A stretch of 64,000 nt of DNA, from the NCBI RefSeq assembly GCF_009914755.1, contig NC_060944.1; one strand, given 5' to 3'. The notes beneath the pieces were generated by a model, which searched no databases, had not been told where the DNA came from, and saw only the letters and a list, made by a program, of their open reading frames with translations. Below are positions 12,092 through 22,782 of this stretch, one piece after another. Made by a program: the position numbers and the translations under genes. Positions within the stretch are counted from its first letter, which is position 1. Each line of letters starts with the position of its first letter. The DNA comes from the human T2T-CHM13v2.0 reference genome, Homo sapiens.

Positions 12092-13079
12092 CTCTGCCTT
12101 CAGCATGAGCTGATAACAGTGATGGTCACATATCTGACTAATTCCAGCCCTGTTCAACCTCACCTGCACACGTGTGTCTGCCAGTGGGCTCTTCCCCCTT
12201 CTATGGCTGCCAGATTCCAACTACATCAAGGGCGAAGACCCCACAGGGCCCCCCGAGCACGCACGCTCACCTTTTGCATCACAGACCCATCCTGTGGCCA
12301 GAGCCCAGGGTCAAGAGGAGCACGTCTGGCAGAGAGTTCAAAGAGGCGTGCTGGGCTCCGCTGCCTGGGGCCGTGTAGGCCAGGTGTGTGGCATAGATCT
12401 TCCTCTAAACCCTTTGTGCTTTCTCCCTCACTTCTTTTTAAACCACCTTCCCTTGCACACTACTCCACTGAATTCATTTTTGAAATTCTGGAAGTTGTAC
12501 ATCCAGGTCACCGCTTATCAGTTGTCATGAAACTCTCCTTCGAAAGTGAAAAACTGACATCTCTGCGGTGGAGACAGGGAATCAAGGAGCCCGGCACTGA
12601 TGACAGGTGCATCGCTTCCTGCAGGAAGAGACTTGTAGGCTTGACTCCTGCCGGGAGCGCGCGTGGCTGAACGGGGGCTCGGTATCCACTTTGGAAGATT
12701 GGATATTTGGAAACCGCAGAGCAGCTTGCAGGAAGCGTTTGTGTTTGTGATTAGCTTGCAAGAAGAGCATGGCGGGCCGTGAGCAGGTCTGTGATCTCTT
12801 ACTCCCAGGACAGTCCCTTGGCCCTGGACTCACTCGTTATTTCCTGGGCTGTGACACCTGAAAGAAGGAAGACTGAGGCAGGACCTTTTGTTAGCCTGTG
12901 TCTGACCTCCAGGACGCTGAGCTATGGCCCGGCTCCAGGCATTGTGGCCTGGGATCTGAGAGTGTGAAACTCACTGCAGAGGATGCCGGGCCTTCTGCCT
13001 GCGCCGGAGCCCTGAGTCTCCCCAGGTTGTGCCAGCAGCTCCACTCTCCTGGGCACATTTCCTAAATGGGCAGTCAGCG

Positions 13080-13410
13080 GCTATCCCAGTCTTACCTGCC
13101 TCTCCTTCTTGCCTCTTCCAGTGTATTCTCCTCCATGCCGCTGCCCGGCCCATCAATATTCTTATACCAAAAATTAGATCATGTGACTGCTTTGCTCCAA
13201 ATCCATCAGCGGCTCTGTATCCCATTTGGAGTGAAATCAGAAGAATCTCTTCCACAGGGGCCCTCCCTGCTCTGGTCACCGCTGACCTCGTTTACTGTTC
13301 AAGATTCCAGCTGCGTGAAAACAGGGTCTGTGTTTTGTTCACCAGTGACTGCTTAGTGCTGTCTTGCACAGAGGCAGCAATCTGTATATACTTACTTGTG
13401 GAATAAATGC
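13080..13410 (+). mobile_element. L2 3' end fragment
   Basis: 'aaattagatcatgtgactgctttgctccaaatcc' and 'cagggtctgtgttttgttcacc...tacttgtggaataaatg'. Confidence 0.65.
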
Positions 13411-14015
13411 CATGTTTGTCTTCTCTAATGGGCTGTATGTTTCTATAAGTTCATATGCATAAGATATATATGTACTGCGTATCTGGAAGCGTGGGTAAAT
13501 GCTGGCTGATACTGTCATTAACCGGTGTATCTTCATATTAGCCAGGAAGCTTTTCTATTAAACATTTCTTCCCTCTTACTAAGCATCTACTGTATATCAG
13601 GCCCTGTGCACAGCCAGGAGGACACACCCTGGCATGAGACAAGTAGCTTCCCCACCTTTAGAAAAACTACATCTAGAATCAGCATAGATGATCCACCCAT
13701 ATACTGAGTTTATATTGTATTTTAAAAGGTTTATTTCCATACTTAAAGGTAACAATAATTACAGGTCTTTAGTGATGCTAATTCAGAAATAAGTAGTATT
13801 TTGCTAGTTTTTCCAAGAGCTAACAATTAGCTCCGTCTCTCTTGCTGGTGTGAGATGTATTTCATGTAGATATTAGCAGGGGTTTTAATCAACACTTCCA
13901 TACACAGATTATCTATATAATTATGCTCTTCAGTGGCCCCATATTTATTTCCACCCAGGGCTAACATCGAACCTTTACTGAAGGTGGTTTTAACCCATGG
14001 CGTGCAGCACAGAGG

Positions 14016-14276
14016 GCACTGGTGTGCTTGTGTGAGTTAGCCTCGTGCTTGGCCGTGCACTGGTGTGCTTGTGTGAGTGAGTTAGCGCCGTGCTTGGCCG
14101 TGCACTGGTGTGCTCGTGTCAGTGAGTTAGCACCGTGCTTGGCCGTGCACTGGTGTGCTCGTGTGAGTGAGTTAGCCTCGTGCTTGGTCACGCACTGGTG
14201 TGCTTGTGTGAGTTAGCGTCATGCTTGGCCGTGCACTGGTGTGCTTGTGTGAGTGAGTTAGCATCGTGCTTGGCCA
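14016..14276. repeat. VNTR, 41/45-bp unit x6
   Basis: gcactggtgtgcttgtgtgag(tgag)ttagcNNcgtgcttggccgt; unit length varies by a 4-bp tgag slip. Confidence 0.95.
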
Positions 14277-14629
14277 TGGCAGTGAGTTCTGATTGCAGGG
14301 TCTCAACGCTCAGGGAAGGACGAGTGCCCCTTCTGTGCCATTTTCCAAAACTCTAGGGATATTGAGTCTTGCTCAGGTCACCCAAAGGCACATGTCCCAG
14401 CCCCGAGTCAAGCGTACAGGGGCCTCCCGGGAGCACCCTTGTGCCTGTCGCGGCGTTCCTCTCCTTCTGCCGCTTTCCCACCCCTTATGACCGGCAGCCT
14501 GTTTCACAGGGGTCCTAGGTGCGGTCAGCCCCCGCCTGGAGGCCACGGGGCGCCCTGAGCAGTGTGTGGGTTGGACTCACACCTGCACCGGGACTCTGGC
14601 TTCTCCATTTAGTTGCCCTGTTACCTCAG

Positions 14630-14782
14630 GCAGGCGGCCCCACCTCGCAGGTGGCCATCGGGGGCCATCTGGTCAGCATTGCTGCAGGGGACTTGCACCA
14701 ACCTCCTCTCCTCCAAATTTAATAATTCCCAATTATTTTTTTATCTATATTCATTTATTTTCTAGTGATATCGTGGTTTTAG
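14630..14782 (+). repeat. Dispersed direct duplication, copy 2
   Basis: gcaggcggccccacctcgcaggtggccatcggggg...ttttctagtgatatcgtggttttag. Confidence 0.95.
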
Positions 14783-15159
14783 TATCTTTCTCAGGATTCT
14801 CTCTGTCTTAATGTTAAACACAATTGTTTAAAAAATGGCATTCCGATTTTCAGTCATTCTGTCTTTGAGGCTGTGGGTGGGAAGCCATCGGGGCTGGGCG
14901 TGCCAGGCAGGGCCCCAGCTCTGGGGTGGAAGGGAGGCCCTGCAATGGTCCTGCTACTGAGGCAATAGAAAGTCACAGGGGAGAGGAGAGTCCCGCAGGA
15001 GGAGGTGATGGACCCACTGGGTGGTGAAGAACAGTTTCTCTTCCACACATTTATTTAGAAGATGGCCTCGGCCAGGACGGCAGCCTGTGGTCCCAGGGAG
15101 GAGGAAGAGTGAGCCAGGTGCCGTGGGGTCTGTGCACGTGCCAGCGCTTTTAATGTCAC

Positions 15160-15720
15160 CGTCTCTTTATTAAAGTACATAATATACACTCATGATAGGA
15201 AGAGCTGAAAATACTGGAAAGAAAATAAAAATCCTACAGAACCCCAGTATCCACGTGAAACTATGGTGACACCTTCGAACAGTTCCTTCCACCCTCTTAC
15301 TCCTTTGTATACGCAGCTATGTATGTGGTTTCGCTTATTGCAGTGGGACCGTACCCTACATACTAAATAGCACAAGGCTTGGTCGCTTAGCAGTAACCAT
15401 GCACACCTGCTGTTTTATACATTTACATCACTATTTTAAATGACTGAATTCACCATTATGAGATAACTGTCGTCTATTTAAGCGTCCTTTATGACGGTTG
15501 GCTGAGTTATCTCTAATTTTTCAAGTTCATAAATAACATGGGGATGAACACCTTTAATCTTTTTTGCATTTGTCTATTATTTCCTTAGATACATTCTTAA
15601 AAATAGGAGTCTGAGGTCACGATGCATGGACATTGATAATGCTTCTAATAAATACTTCCATATCATCTTCAGAAAAACCCGATTCCATACATCCCCACCA
15701 TTGGCATTAGAGAAAAGCCA
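15160..15720 (-). mobile_element. Old L1ME-like 3' fragment
   Basis: AT-rich, with 'ttttaaatgactgaattcaccatt', 'ttatttccttagatacattcttaa' and 'gagtctgaggtcacgatgcatggacatt' typical of antisense L1ME. Confidence 0.6.
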
Positions 15721-15867
15721 CTCAAATTCATGGAATCTTGAAATTGAATTTTTCCTGGGTAGATTCCCAAGGGTTATACTTAGGAATTAATTCATGGGGT
15801 GATTTTTTTCAAATGAAAAAAAAAAAATACATTTTCCTTTCCCATAATGCCAAAGAAAAATCAAGAA

Positions 15868-15936
15868 TTTTTTTTTTTGGGGGGGATAAAAAATGATCTC
15901 CCTTTATTACTCTCCCAAAGGTTACCAGTGTTTGAA
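15868..15936 (-). other. SVA 3'-transduced segment (15879-15936) plus second poly(A) tail (T-run 15868-15878)
   Basis: Non-SVA sequence between the SVA's own tail and the distal TSD copy; minus-strand AATAAA (tttatt 15903-15908) lies 24 nt before the second A-run. Confidence 0.8.
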
Positions 15937-17430
15937 TTTATTTATTTATTTATTTATTTTTATTTTTTTTTTTATTGATCATTCTTGGGTGTTTCTCGCA
16001 GAGGGGGATTTGGCAGGGTCATAGGACAATAGTGGAGGGAAGGTCAGCAGATAAACAAGTGAACAAAGGTCTCTGGTTTTCCTAGGCAGAGGACCCTGCG
16101 GCCTTCCGCAGTGTTTGTGTCCCTGGGTACTTGAGATTAGGGAGTGGTGATGACTCTTAACGAGCATACTGCCTTCAAGCATCTGTTTAACAAAGCACAT
16201 CTTGCACCGCCCTTAATCCATTTAACCCTGAGTGGACGCAGCACATGTTTCAGAGAGCACAGGGTTGGGGGTAAGGTCACAGATCAACAGGATCCCAAGG
16301 CAGAAGAATTTTTCTTAGTACAGAACAAAATGAAAAGTCTCCCATGTCTACCTCTTTCTACACAGACACGGCAACCATCCGATTTCTCAATCTTTTCCCC
16401 ACCTTTCCCCCCTTTCTATTCCACAAAACCGCCATTGTCATCATGGCCCGTTCTCAATGAGCTGTTGGGTACACCTCCCAGACGGGGTCGTGGCCGGGCA
16501 GAGGGGCTCCTCACTTCCCAGTAGGGGCGGCCGGGCAGAGGCGCCCCTCACCTCCCGGACGGGGTGGCTGGCCGGGCGGGGGCTGACCCCCACCTCCCTC
16601 CCGGATGGGGTGGCTGCCGGGCAGAGACGCTCCTCACTTCCCAGACGGGGTGGCTGCCGGGCTGAGGGGCTCCTCACTTCTCAGACAGGGCGGCCGGGCA
16701 GAGACGCTCCTCACCTCCCAGACGGGGTCGCAGCCGGGCAGAGGCGCTCCTCACATCCCAGACGGGGCGGCGGGGCAGAGGCGCTCCCCACATCCCAGAC
16801 GATGGGCGGCCGGGCAGAGACGCTCCTCACTTCCTAGATGGGATGGCGGCCGGGCAGAGACGCTCCTCACTTCCTAGATGGGATGGCGGCCGCGCAGAGA
16901 CACTCCTCACTTTCCAGACTGGGCAGCCAGGCAGAGGGGCTCCTCACATCCCAGACGAAGGGCGGCCAGGCAGAGACGCTCCTCACTTCCCAGACAGGGT
17001 GGCGGCCGGGCAGAGGCTGCAATCTTGGCACTTTGGGAGGCCAAGGCAGGCGGCTGGGAGGTGGAGGTTGTAGCGAGCTGAGATCACGCCACTGCACTCC
17101 AGCCTGGGCACCATTGAGCACTGAGTGAACCAGACTCCGTCTGCAATCCCAGCACCTCGGGAGGCCAAGGCTGGCAGATCACTCGCGGTTAGGAGCTGGA
17201 GACCAGCCCGGCCAACACAGCGAAACCCCGTCTCCACCAAAAAAACATGAAAACCAGTCAGGCGTGGTGGCACGCGCCTGCAATCGCAAGCACTCGGCAG
17301 GCTGAGGCAGGAGAATCAGGCAGGGAGGTTGCAGTGAGCCGAGATGGCAGCAGTACAGTCCAGCTTTGGCTCGGCATCAGAGGGAGACCGTGGAAAGAGG
17401 GAGAGGGAGACCGTGGGGAGAGGGAGAGGG
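15937..17430 (-). mobile_element. SVA retrotransposon (C/D-like), near full length, short VNTR
   Basis: On +: (ttta)n/T tail, SINE-R 'tttattgatcattcttgggtgtttctcgcagagg...' (~15971-16475), GC-rich VNTR (~16476-17010), Alu-like domain (~17011-17385), (agggag)n hexamer end; TSD agaaaaatcaaga at 15854-15866 and 17431-17443. Confidence 0.97.
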
Positions 17431-17867
17431 AGAAAAATCAAGACTTTTTAAGAAACTTTAATTGTTGATTAGTTGTGTATTTACATTGTATGAGAAGCAA
17501 TATAATCTTCAAAACACAGTCATATGTAAGATTCTTTAACTTTTCACCTGGCTCTTTTGTAATTTATTCCACAGTTTTATTCATTAGGTGTCTCTTAGTC
17601 CATTTCCGAGGTTCGTTTGGCATCAAAAACAACTTCCTAAAAATGTTTACAAAGGAAAGTTTACAAAGGAAATTAAGTTAATCAAAGCAGGATACGAATT
17701 CTGTAGGGAGTGTGGTCTCACCACTGTCAGCTTTGCCCAGGATGGCCAGCGCCAGTGGCCGTTAAACCAGTGGGCAGAGCTCTCCATGCACCAGCACAGA
17801 CTGGGGGCCACGCTGCAGCCCGGGAAGGGGCTGTGCAGGGCCAGCTGCTCCTCTGAGACGGGCAGAC

Positions 17868-17941
17868 CCAGCCCCGCTCTGGACAGGGACACGGGGGCCT
17901 GAGCCAGCCTCGCTCTGGACAGGGACACGGGGGCCTGAGCC
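17868..17941. repeat. 36-bp tandem duplication x2
   Basis: cgctctggacagggacacgggggcctgagcc at 17875 and 17911. Confidence 0.9.
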
Positions 17942-18149
17942 CATGGAAACGCGTCTGCGGAGTCCCCAGTGCTGGCTGCTGTGGGGAGGAGGCGACACTG
18001 GGTCCCAGGGTGGAATTTCAGTGTCTTCATCTGAGTCAAGTTTTGCTTGTTATCTTGACAAGGATATTACGTTTGTAACTATATTAATAGCATGTGTATG
18101 TGTGGTAGGTACACACACGTAATTATGTATGCAGGCATATATGTGTATA

Positions 18150-18340
18150 TGTCTGCTTGTGTGTATTTCACATGGGAAAACGGCTGGACACACACCTGAA
18201 AATAATCACCGAGGGTCCTTCTCAGGGTTGGGATTGTGAGTGTAATTTTTGTGCTTTAAAGTTGTATGTGCCCTGTAGTTTCCAGTGGATGATATATTAC
18301 TTCATTGACACAAAGTATGTAAATATCATTTTTTAAAGTA
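18150..18340 (+). mobile_element. Old L1ME-like 3' end fragment
   Basis: 'gggttgggattgtgagtgtaatttttgtgctt...gatatattacttcatt' resembles the L1ME terminus; followed by (CA)n at ~18349-18378. Confidence 0.45.
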
Positions 18341-18677
18341 CACACTGACACACACACTTACACACACACACATACACAGAACACTCATTTCAGCCTTGCG
18401 GAGAGTGACAAGGCAAGTAGGATCCAGTTAAAAGAAACGGCCATCGTTCCAGGCATGGCTGTCCCAGGACAAGGGGCCTCTTTGACCACTGCCGTGTTCT
18501 CCTCTCTCTCTGGGATGAAAGCCCACTTTCTGGCTGGGCCCTAGCTTCAGGAAGGGGAAGCAGAAGGCAGTGCCCACCGGCCAGGAAGCTCCACTGGCCA
18601 AGAAGCTCCGCTGGCTTTTGTTGTTAGGTTGTCAGTGTGTTCCATCAGTTGGTCAGCTCTGAAAGCAGCCTCCGTGG

Positions 18678-18800
18678 GTCATTCATTCATTCATTCGTGG
18701 GCCAGGCCCTGTTCTGTCCTGGGCATGGGGATGCTGCAGGGTCAGCCAGCACAAGTCCCTGTCCTCAGGGACCAGGTTGTCCCATCACCTGCAGGGTCAC
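18678..18800 (-). mobile_element. L2 3' end fragment
   Basis: (tcat)n followed by 'gccaggccctgttctg...ggggatgctgcag...agtccctgtcctcaggga'. Confidence 0.6.
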
Positions 18801-19186
18801 CTGTATCACCTGCATGCAGTCGGTGAACGGCACAGCCCAGGTGAAGTGTGTGGCTAATAGAGAGCAGCCGAGCTCCAAGGCTGCATGTGCCTGGAGAGGA
18901 CGTGGTTCTGAACATCACCTTGTTGTAAGAGTGTGAGAGGCTCGAGGGTGACAGCTTCAGATATCGTGAACAGTCCTGAAGGGACCCAGACCACATGAAG
19001 CCACATCACCCTGGAGGAGTGAGAGGGGCTGGTGGAGCTGAGCCCTGCTTTGGTGGAAAGTGTGGATGACATGAAGGTGGTTGAAGACTGGCTGGAGACG
19101 AACCACCCACCGTGCTCTCTGACATGCTCTTGCTTGGGATACACAGCAGGGTTTGCACTCTTAGTTAGGATGTTGCTTGGGAATGC

Positions 19187-19510
19187 ATGCTGAGGCGGGC
19201 AGGCGCGTGCTGGGGTGGGCAGGCGCGTGCTGGGGTGGGCAGGCGCGTGCTGGGGTGGGCAGGCGCGTGCTGGGGTGGGCAGGCGCGTGCTGGGGTGGGT
19301 AGGCACGTGCTGAAGTGGGCAGGCGCGTGCTGGGGTGGGTAGGCGCGTGCTGAAGTGGGCAGGCGCGTGCTGGGGTGGGCAGGTGCCTGACTGGAGTGAG
19401 CAGGTGTATGCTGAGGTGGGCAGGTGCATGCTGGGGTGGAAAGGTTTGTGATTGGGTGGACAGGTGCGTGTTGGGGTGGGCAGGTGCATGCTGGGAAGGA
19501 CAGGTGCATG
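19187..19510. repeat. G-rich minisatellite, 20-bp unit (~16 copies, degenerating to the right)
   Basis: gggcaggcgcgtgctggggt repeated with 20-bp period from ~19197. Confidence 0.95.
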
Positions 19511-21152
19511 GCCAGTGTGGTCAGGTGTGTGGCTGTTGTGGGGCGCAGCCTCCCCTGGCTGAGGCGTGGGTCAGTGTGCGTCGTCAGGCTTCTCTAGCTA
19601 TGGTCATAGGGGCCTCTGGGCTCCACAGCCACTCTCCTGGGTGGGTAGATGTGCTTCCCTGTGTCTGACCAGGTCACCTGCCATTCTGCATCGAACTGAA
19701 CCTCAGAAAATCTCTCCTCCCAGGATCGTCCCCTGCATTCGTGAATAGGAGGTGATGCCAAAGGCAGGGGTCCATTCCTCCAGGAAAGCTGCTGTGTGGC
19801 TGCGGGCAAGTCCTGTGCCTCAGCTGTGAAAGGACAGAACCAGCCCAGGTCTTAGGCTGTGTGCAGAGGCTTGGGACACAGGTGCATGTGGAGGCTGCCA
19901 GCCTTCACAACCATCAGCGCTCCATGTTGTCACTGCCCAGAAACGCCCACCTGGGATGCACTGGACACACCTCAAAGCAGTTGAGTACAGCTGAGGCCCC
20001 CAGAGGCATGTGTCTTAGAGCATCTGCAGAGTCTAGAGCCATTCTTGGGCCAGAGCAGACGCCTGGCAATATTTGAGCAAATCTAATGACTGGGCTTATG
20101 CCAAACGCACGCTCAGTCCTTTAGGGTCCACCCAGAGGGATCATCCCTCCCACCCAGGGCTGCGTGGACAAGACCTCTGCACCCTCCTCTTCAGGAGTCA
20201 GATCTCCTTCTCATCCTATCTCATGCAAATCTGTTTTTGACACAAACTTAGCTGCTAACAAAACAAGGTTGATTCTCCTACATGCTCTGAATTACGTACG
20301 CAGAAGGAGGCTCTGCTCCCCAAACGGGTTGCTTCCACAGAACCTCAAATGGTAACCTGTACACACTTCGCAGATGTATCTTTGAATAACTTCTATAGTT
20401 TAGGGGTTATAAAGATACAACCACAAGACTATTTTCAAAGCACCTTAATAATGCCGAGCTTAACCTATTAGTCTTCTGCCCTTTTTTCTCATTTACCAAA
20501 AAACATTCTAAAGGATCTCTGCGGAGGCAGATAAGTAGTCTTCCAATTCCCCAGATGGGGAAAACGTGGGGCAGAGTTTCTCCTGCCCTATTCAAGGTTA
20601 CTGTGAAGGAGAAGACAAACTGTCCTGGAAAGATCTACAGAAGTTGGATGGGCCTTCCATGGCTTTGTGCATTGACATCTGTGCTTTGCTGAAGGGACGT
20701 CGATCAAAATGAAGATATTTGCAGAATGCTTAAGAATATAAATGCAGCATTCACCTCGTAGTAAAATGTGGAGCTACATGGGATTTGTGATGGGCCAAAA
20801 ATCAATAGTGTTAAATCCATGTCAGTAAAATAACCTAATCCTTTAAAAATACAGTGCTGTGCCCATTTGTGCTACGTCACGGTGCCGGGCCTGGGAAGGA
20901 CACATGTGGAGTGAATTAGAGGCTCGTCACCGGTGGGAGCCAATGGCACTGTGTGTCTTGTGGTTCTGCTTTATGACCCTTTACTGGAGGGAAGCAGAGT
21001 GGATTAAGGGAACAGGGCCCCACACAGCTGATTATTTCACCAGCTAATAAGTCTCCCAGGACCCCAGCCAGGCACAGGAGCTCCAGCCTTCCTGCAGGTG
21101 CTAAGATCTGGCTGCGCTGTTGGCTGTTGCTTCCCCTGGAGGCTGCTCTCGC

Positions 21153-21418
21153 TTCCAGATCTCTCTATTAGAGAGGGTTCAAATGCATCTGCAACCCCCG
21201 AGCCATCCTCCCTTCCAAGTTCCAGATCTCTATTAAAGAGGGCTCCATCGCACCTGCAACCCCCGAGTCACCATCCTCTCCGAGCTCCGGATCTCTGTAT
21301 TAGAGAGGGATCCAACATGTCTGCAACCCCGAGTCATTGTCCCCTCCGAGTTCCAGATCTCTCTATTAGAGAGGGCTCCATCGCAGCTGCAATCCCTGAG
21401 TCATTGTTCCCTCTGAGC
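21153..21418. repeat. Degenerate tandem repeat, ~66-bp unit x4
   Basis: ttccagatctctctattagagaggg...ctgcaacccccgagtc at 21153, 21220, 21285, 21351. Confidence 0.9.
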
Positions 21419-22215
21419 TCGCAGGTGCCCAGGCACCTCAGAGACACTTCCTTCCACTTGGGGTGCTCTGATCTATAGGCTCCGGGTGGGATGAGTGTCC
21501 AGGGTAGGACCCCGGGAGCCTGCCCTGCACAAAACTCAGGAGGCCGAGTACCTGCAAGGAGCAAAGGATGGGTGGCCCAGGTCGTTATACACACCAGTGT
21601 GGCCCTGGGCAGGGGCTCGCCACCCCATACATGTCCTGGCCCAGGAGCCCTCCTGTCTCAGCACCAGCTGGGGCCCGGGCTTGGGGGTCTGGGGCAGAGC
21701 TGTCAAAAGCCCAAGTACCCAGGAACAAAGGAACTGGATAGTCAGAGCTGGGGGAAATACCACCCCCCCACTCCCAGGCAGCAACACCCACAGTGGACAT
21801 GGAGGCAGACAGGCCTGGTGGGTGAGGCCGAGGGAGGAGGTTGTCCTGTCCTAGTGAACCCAGGGAGGACCAGGGTAGGGGGGAGTGACATGCGGAGAAG
21901 GTGTCCCCACAATTCAGAGTGAACCCTTAGATCTCCCTACATCTGTGGCCCCCGGAGCAGCGGCTCACCCTCAAGGCGTTTCTAACAGGCCCCCAGGCTG
22001 CTGTGGCTGGTCTTGAACTCATGGTGAGAATCAACCTCATACTCCAATAGTAGCTCCCAATCAGTCTAACACTAAACTGTTCACGGTCGTAGCACCCAGA
22101 ATGTATTTGATTGGTAAGTGAAATCAATAACAGCAACACCCAAGAGACAGGAAGGAGGGCCTGGGACACGCCACGTGAGGTCCTGCACCACCCGTGACAC
22201 TCGTGGGGGTTTGAA

Positions 22216-22400
22216 AGTGGACTTGGATTCTTGTACATCGGGTTAGTGTAGATTGCAAACTCTAGGGCAACCACTAAAACATTATGAAAAGAAGCACAAT
22301 TGATCCGCTACGGAGAGAAACAGAGTTTTATAGAATGCTCATTTAAAACCAGGGAAGGCAGAAAAAGAAGAAAATGAAAAGAAACAAAGAACAAGTGCAG
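22216..22400 (+). mobile_element. L1M internal (inter-ORF / ORF2 5') fragment
   Basis: 'attgcaaactctagggcaaccactaaaa...aatgctcatttaaaaccagggaaggcagaaaaaga'. Confidence 0.6.
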
Positions 22401-22518
22401 GGAAGAGAGGGGCTGCGCTGCCCCCCACCTGGGGAGGGGTCTGCTCAGTGGGGCCTGGAGGAAGCTGCCTGCTTCCTGGAGCTCTGGCCTGGCTTTCAAG
22501 TGAGCGAAGGGTCTCAGC

Positions 22519-22782
22519 GGCTTGGAGACAGGAGGAGGGTGGGCCTCAGGCATCCGAGGCTTGGAGGCAGGAGGAGGGTGGGCCTCAGCCATCTGAGGCT
22601 TGGAGGCAGGAGGAGGGTGGGCCTCAGCCATCTGAGGCTTGGAGGCAGGAGGAGGGTAGGCCTCAGCCATCTGAGGCTTGGAGGCAGGAGGAGGGTGGGC
22701 CTCAGGCATCCGAGGCTTGGAGGCAGGAGGAGGGTGGGCCTCAGCCATCTGAGGCTTGGAGGCAGGAGGAGGGGTGGGCCTC
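22519..22782. repeat. VNTR, 39-bp unit x~7
   Basis: ggcttggaggcaggaggagggtgggcctcag(ccatctga/gcatccga); two unit variants. Confidence 0.95.

Noticed and set aside
15979-17468. Multiple overlapping ORFs
   Set aside because: All lie within the non-coding SVA element.
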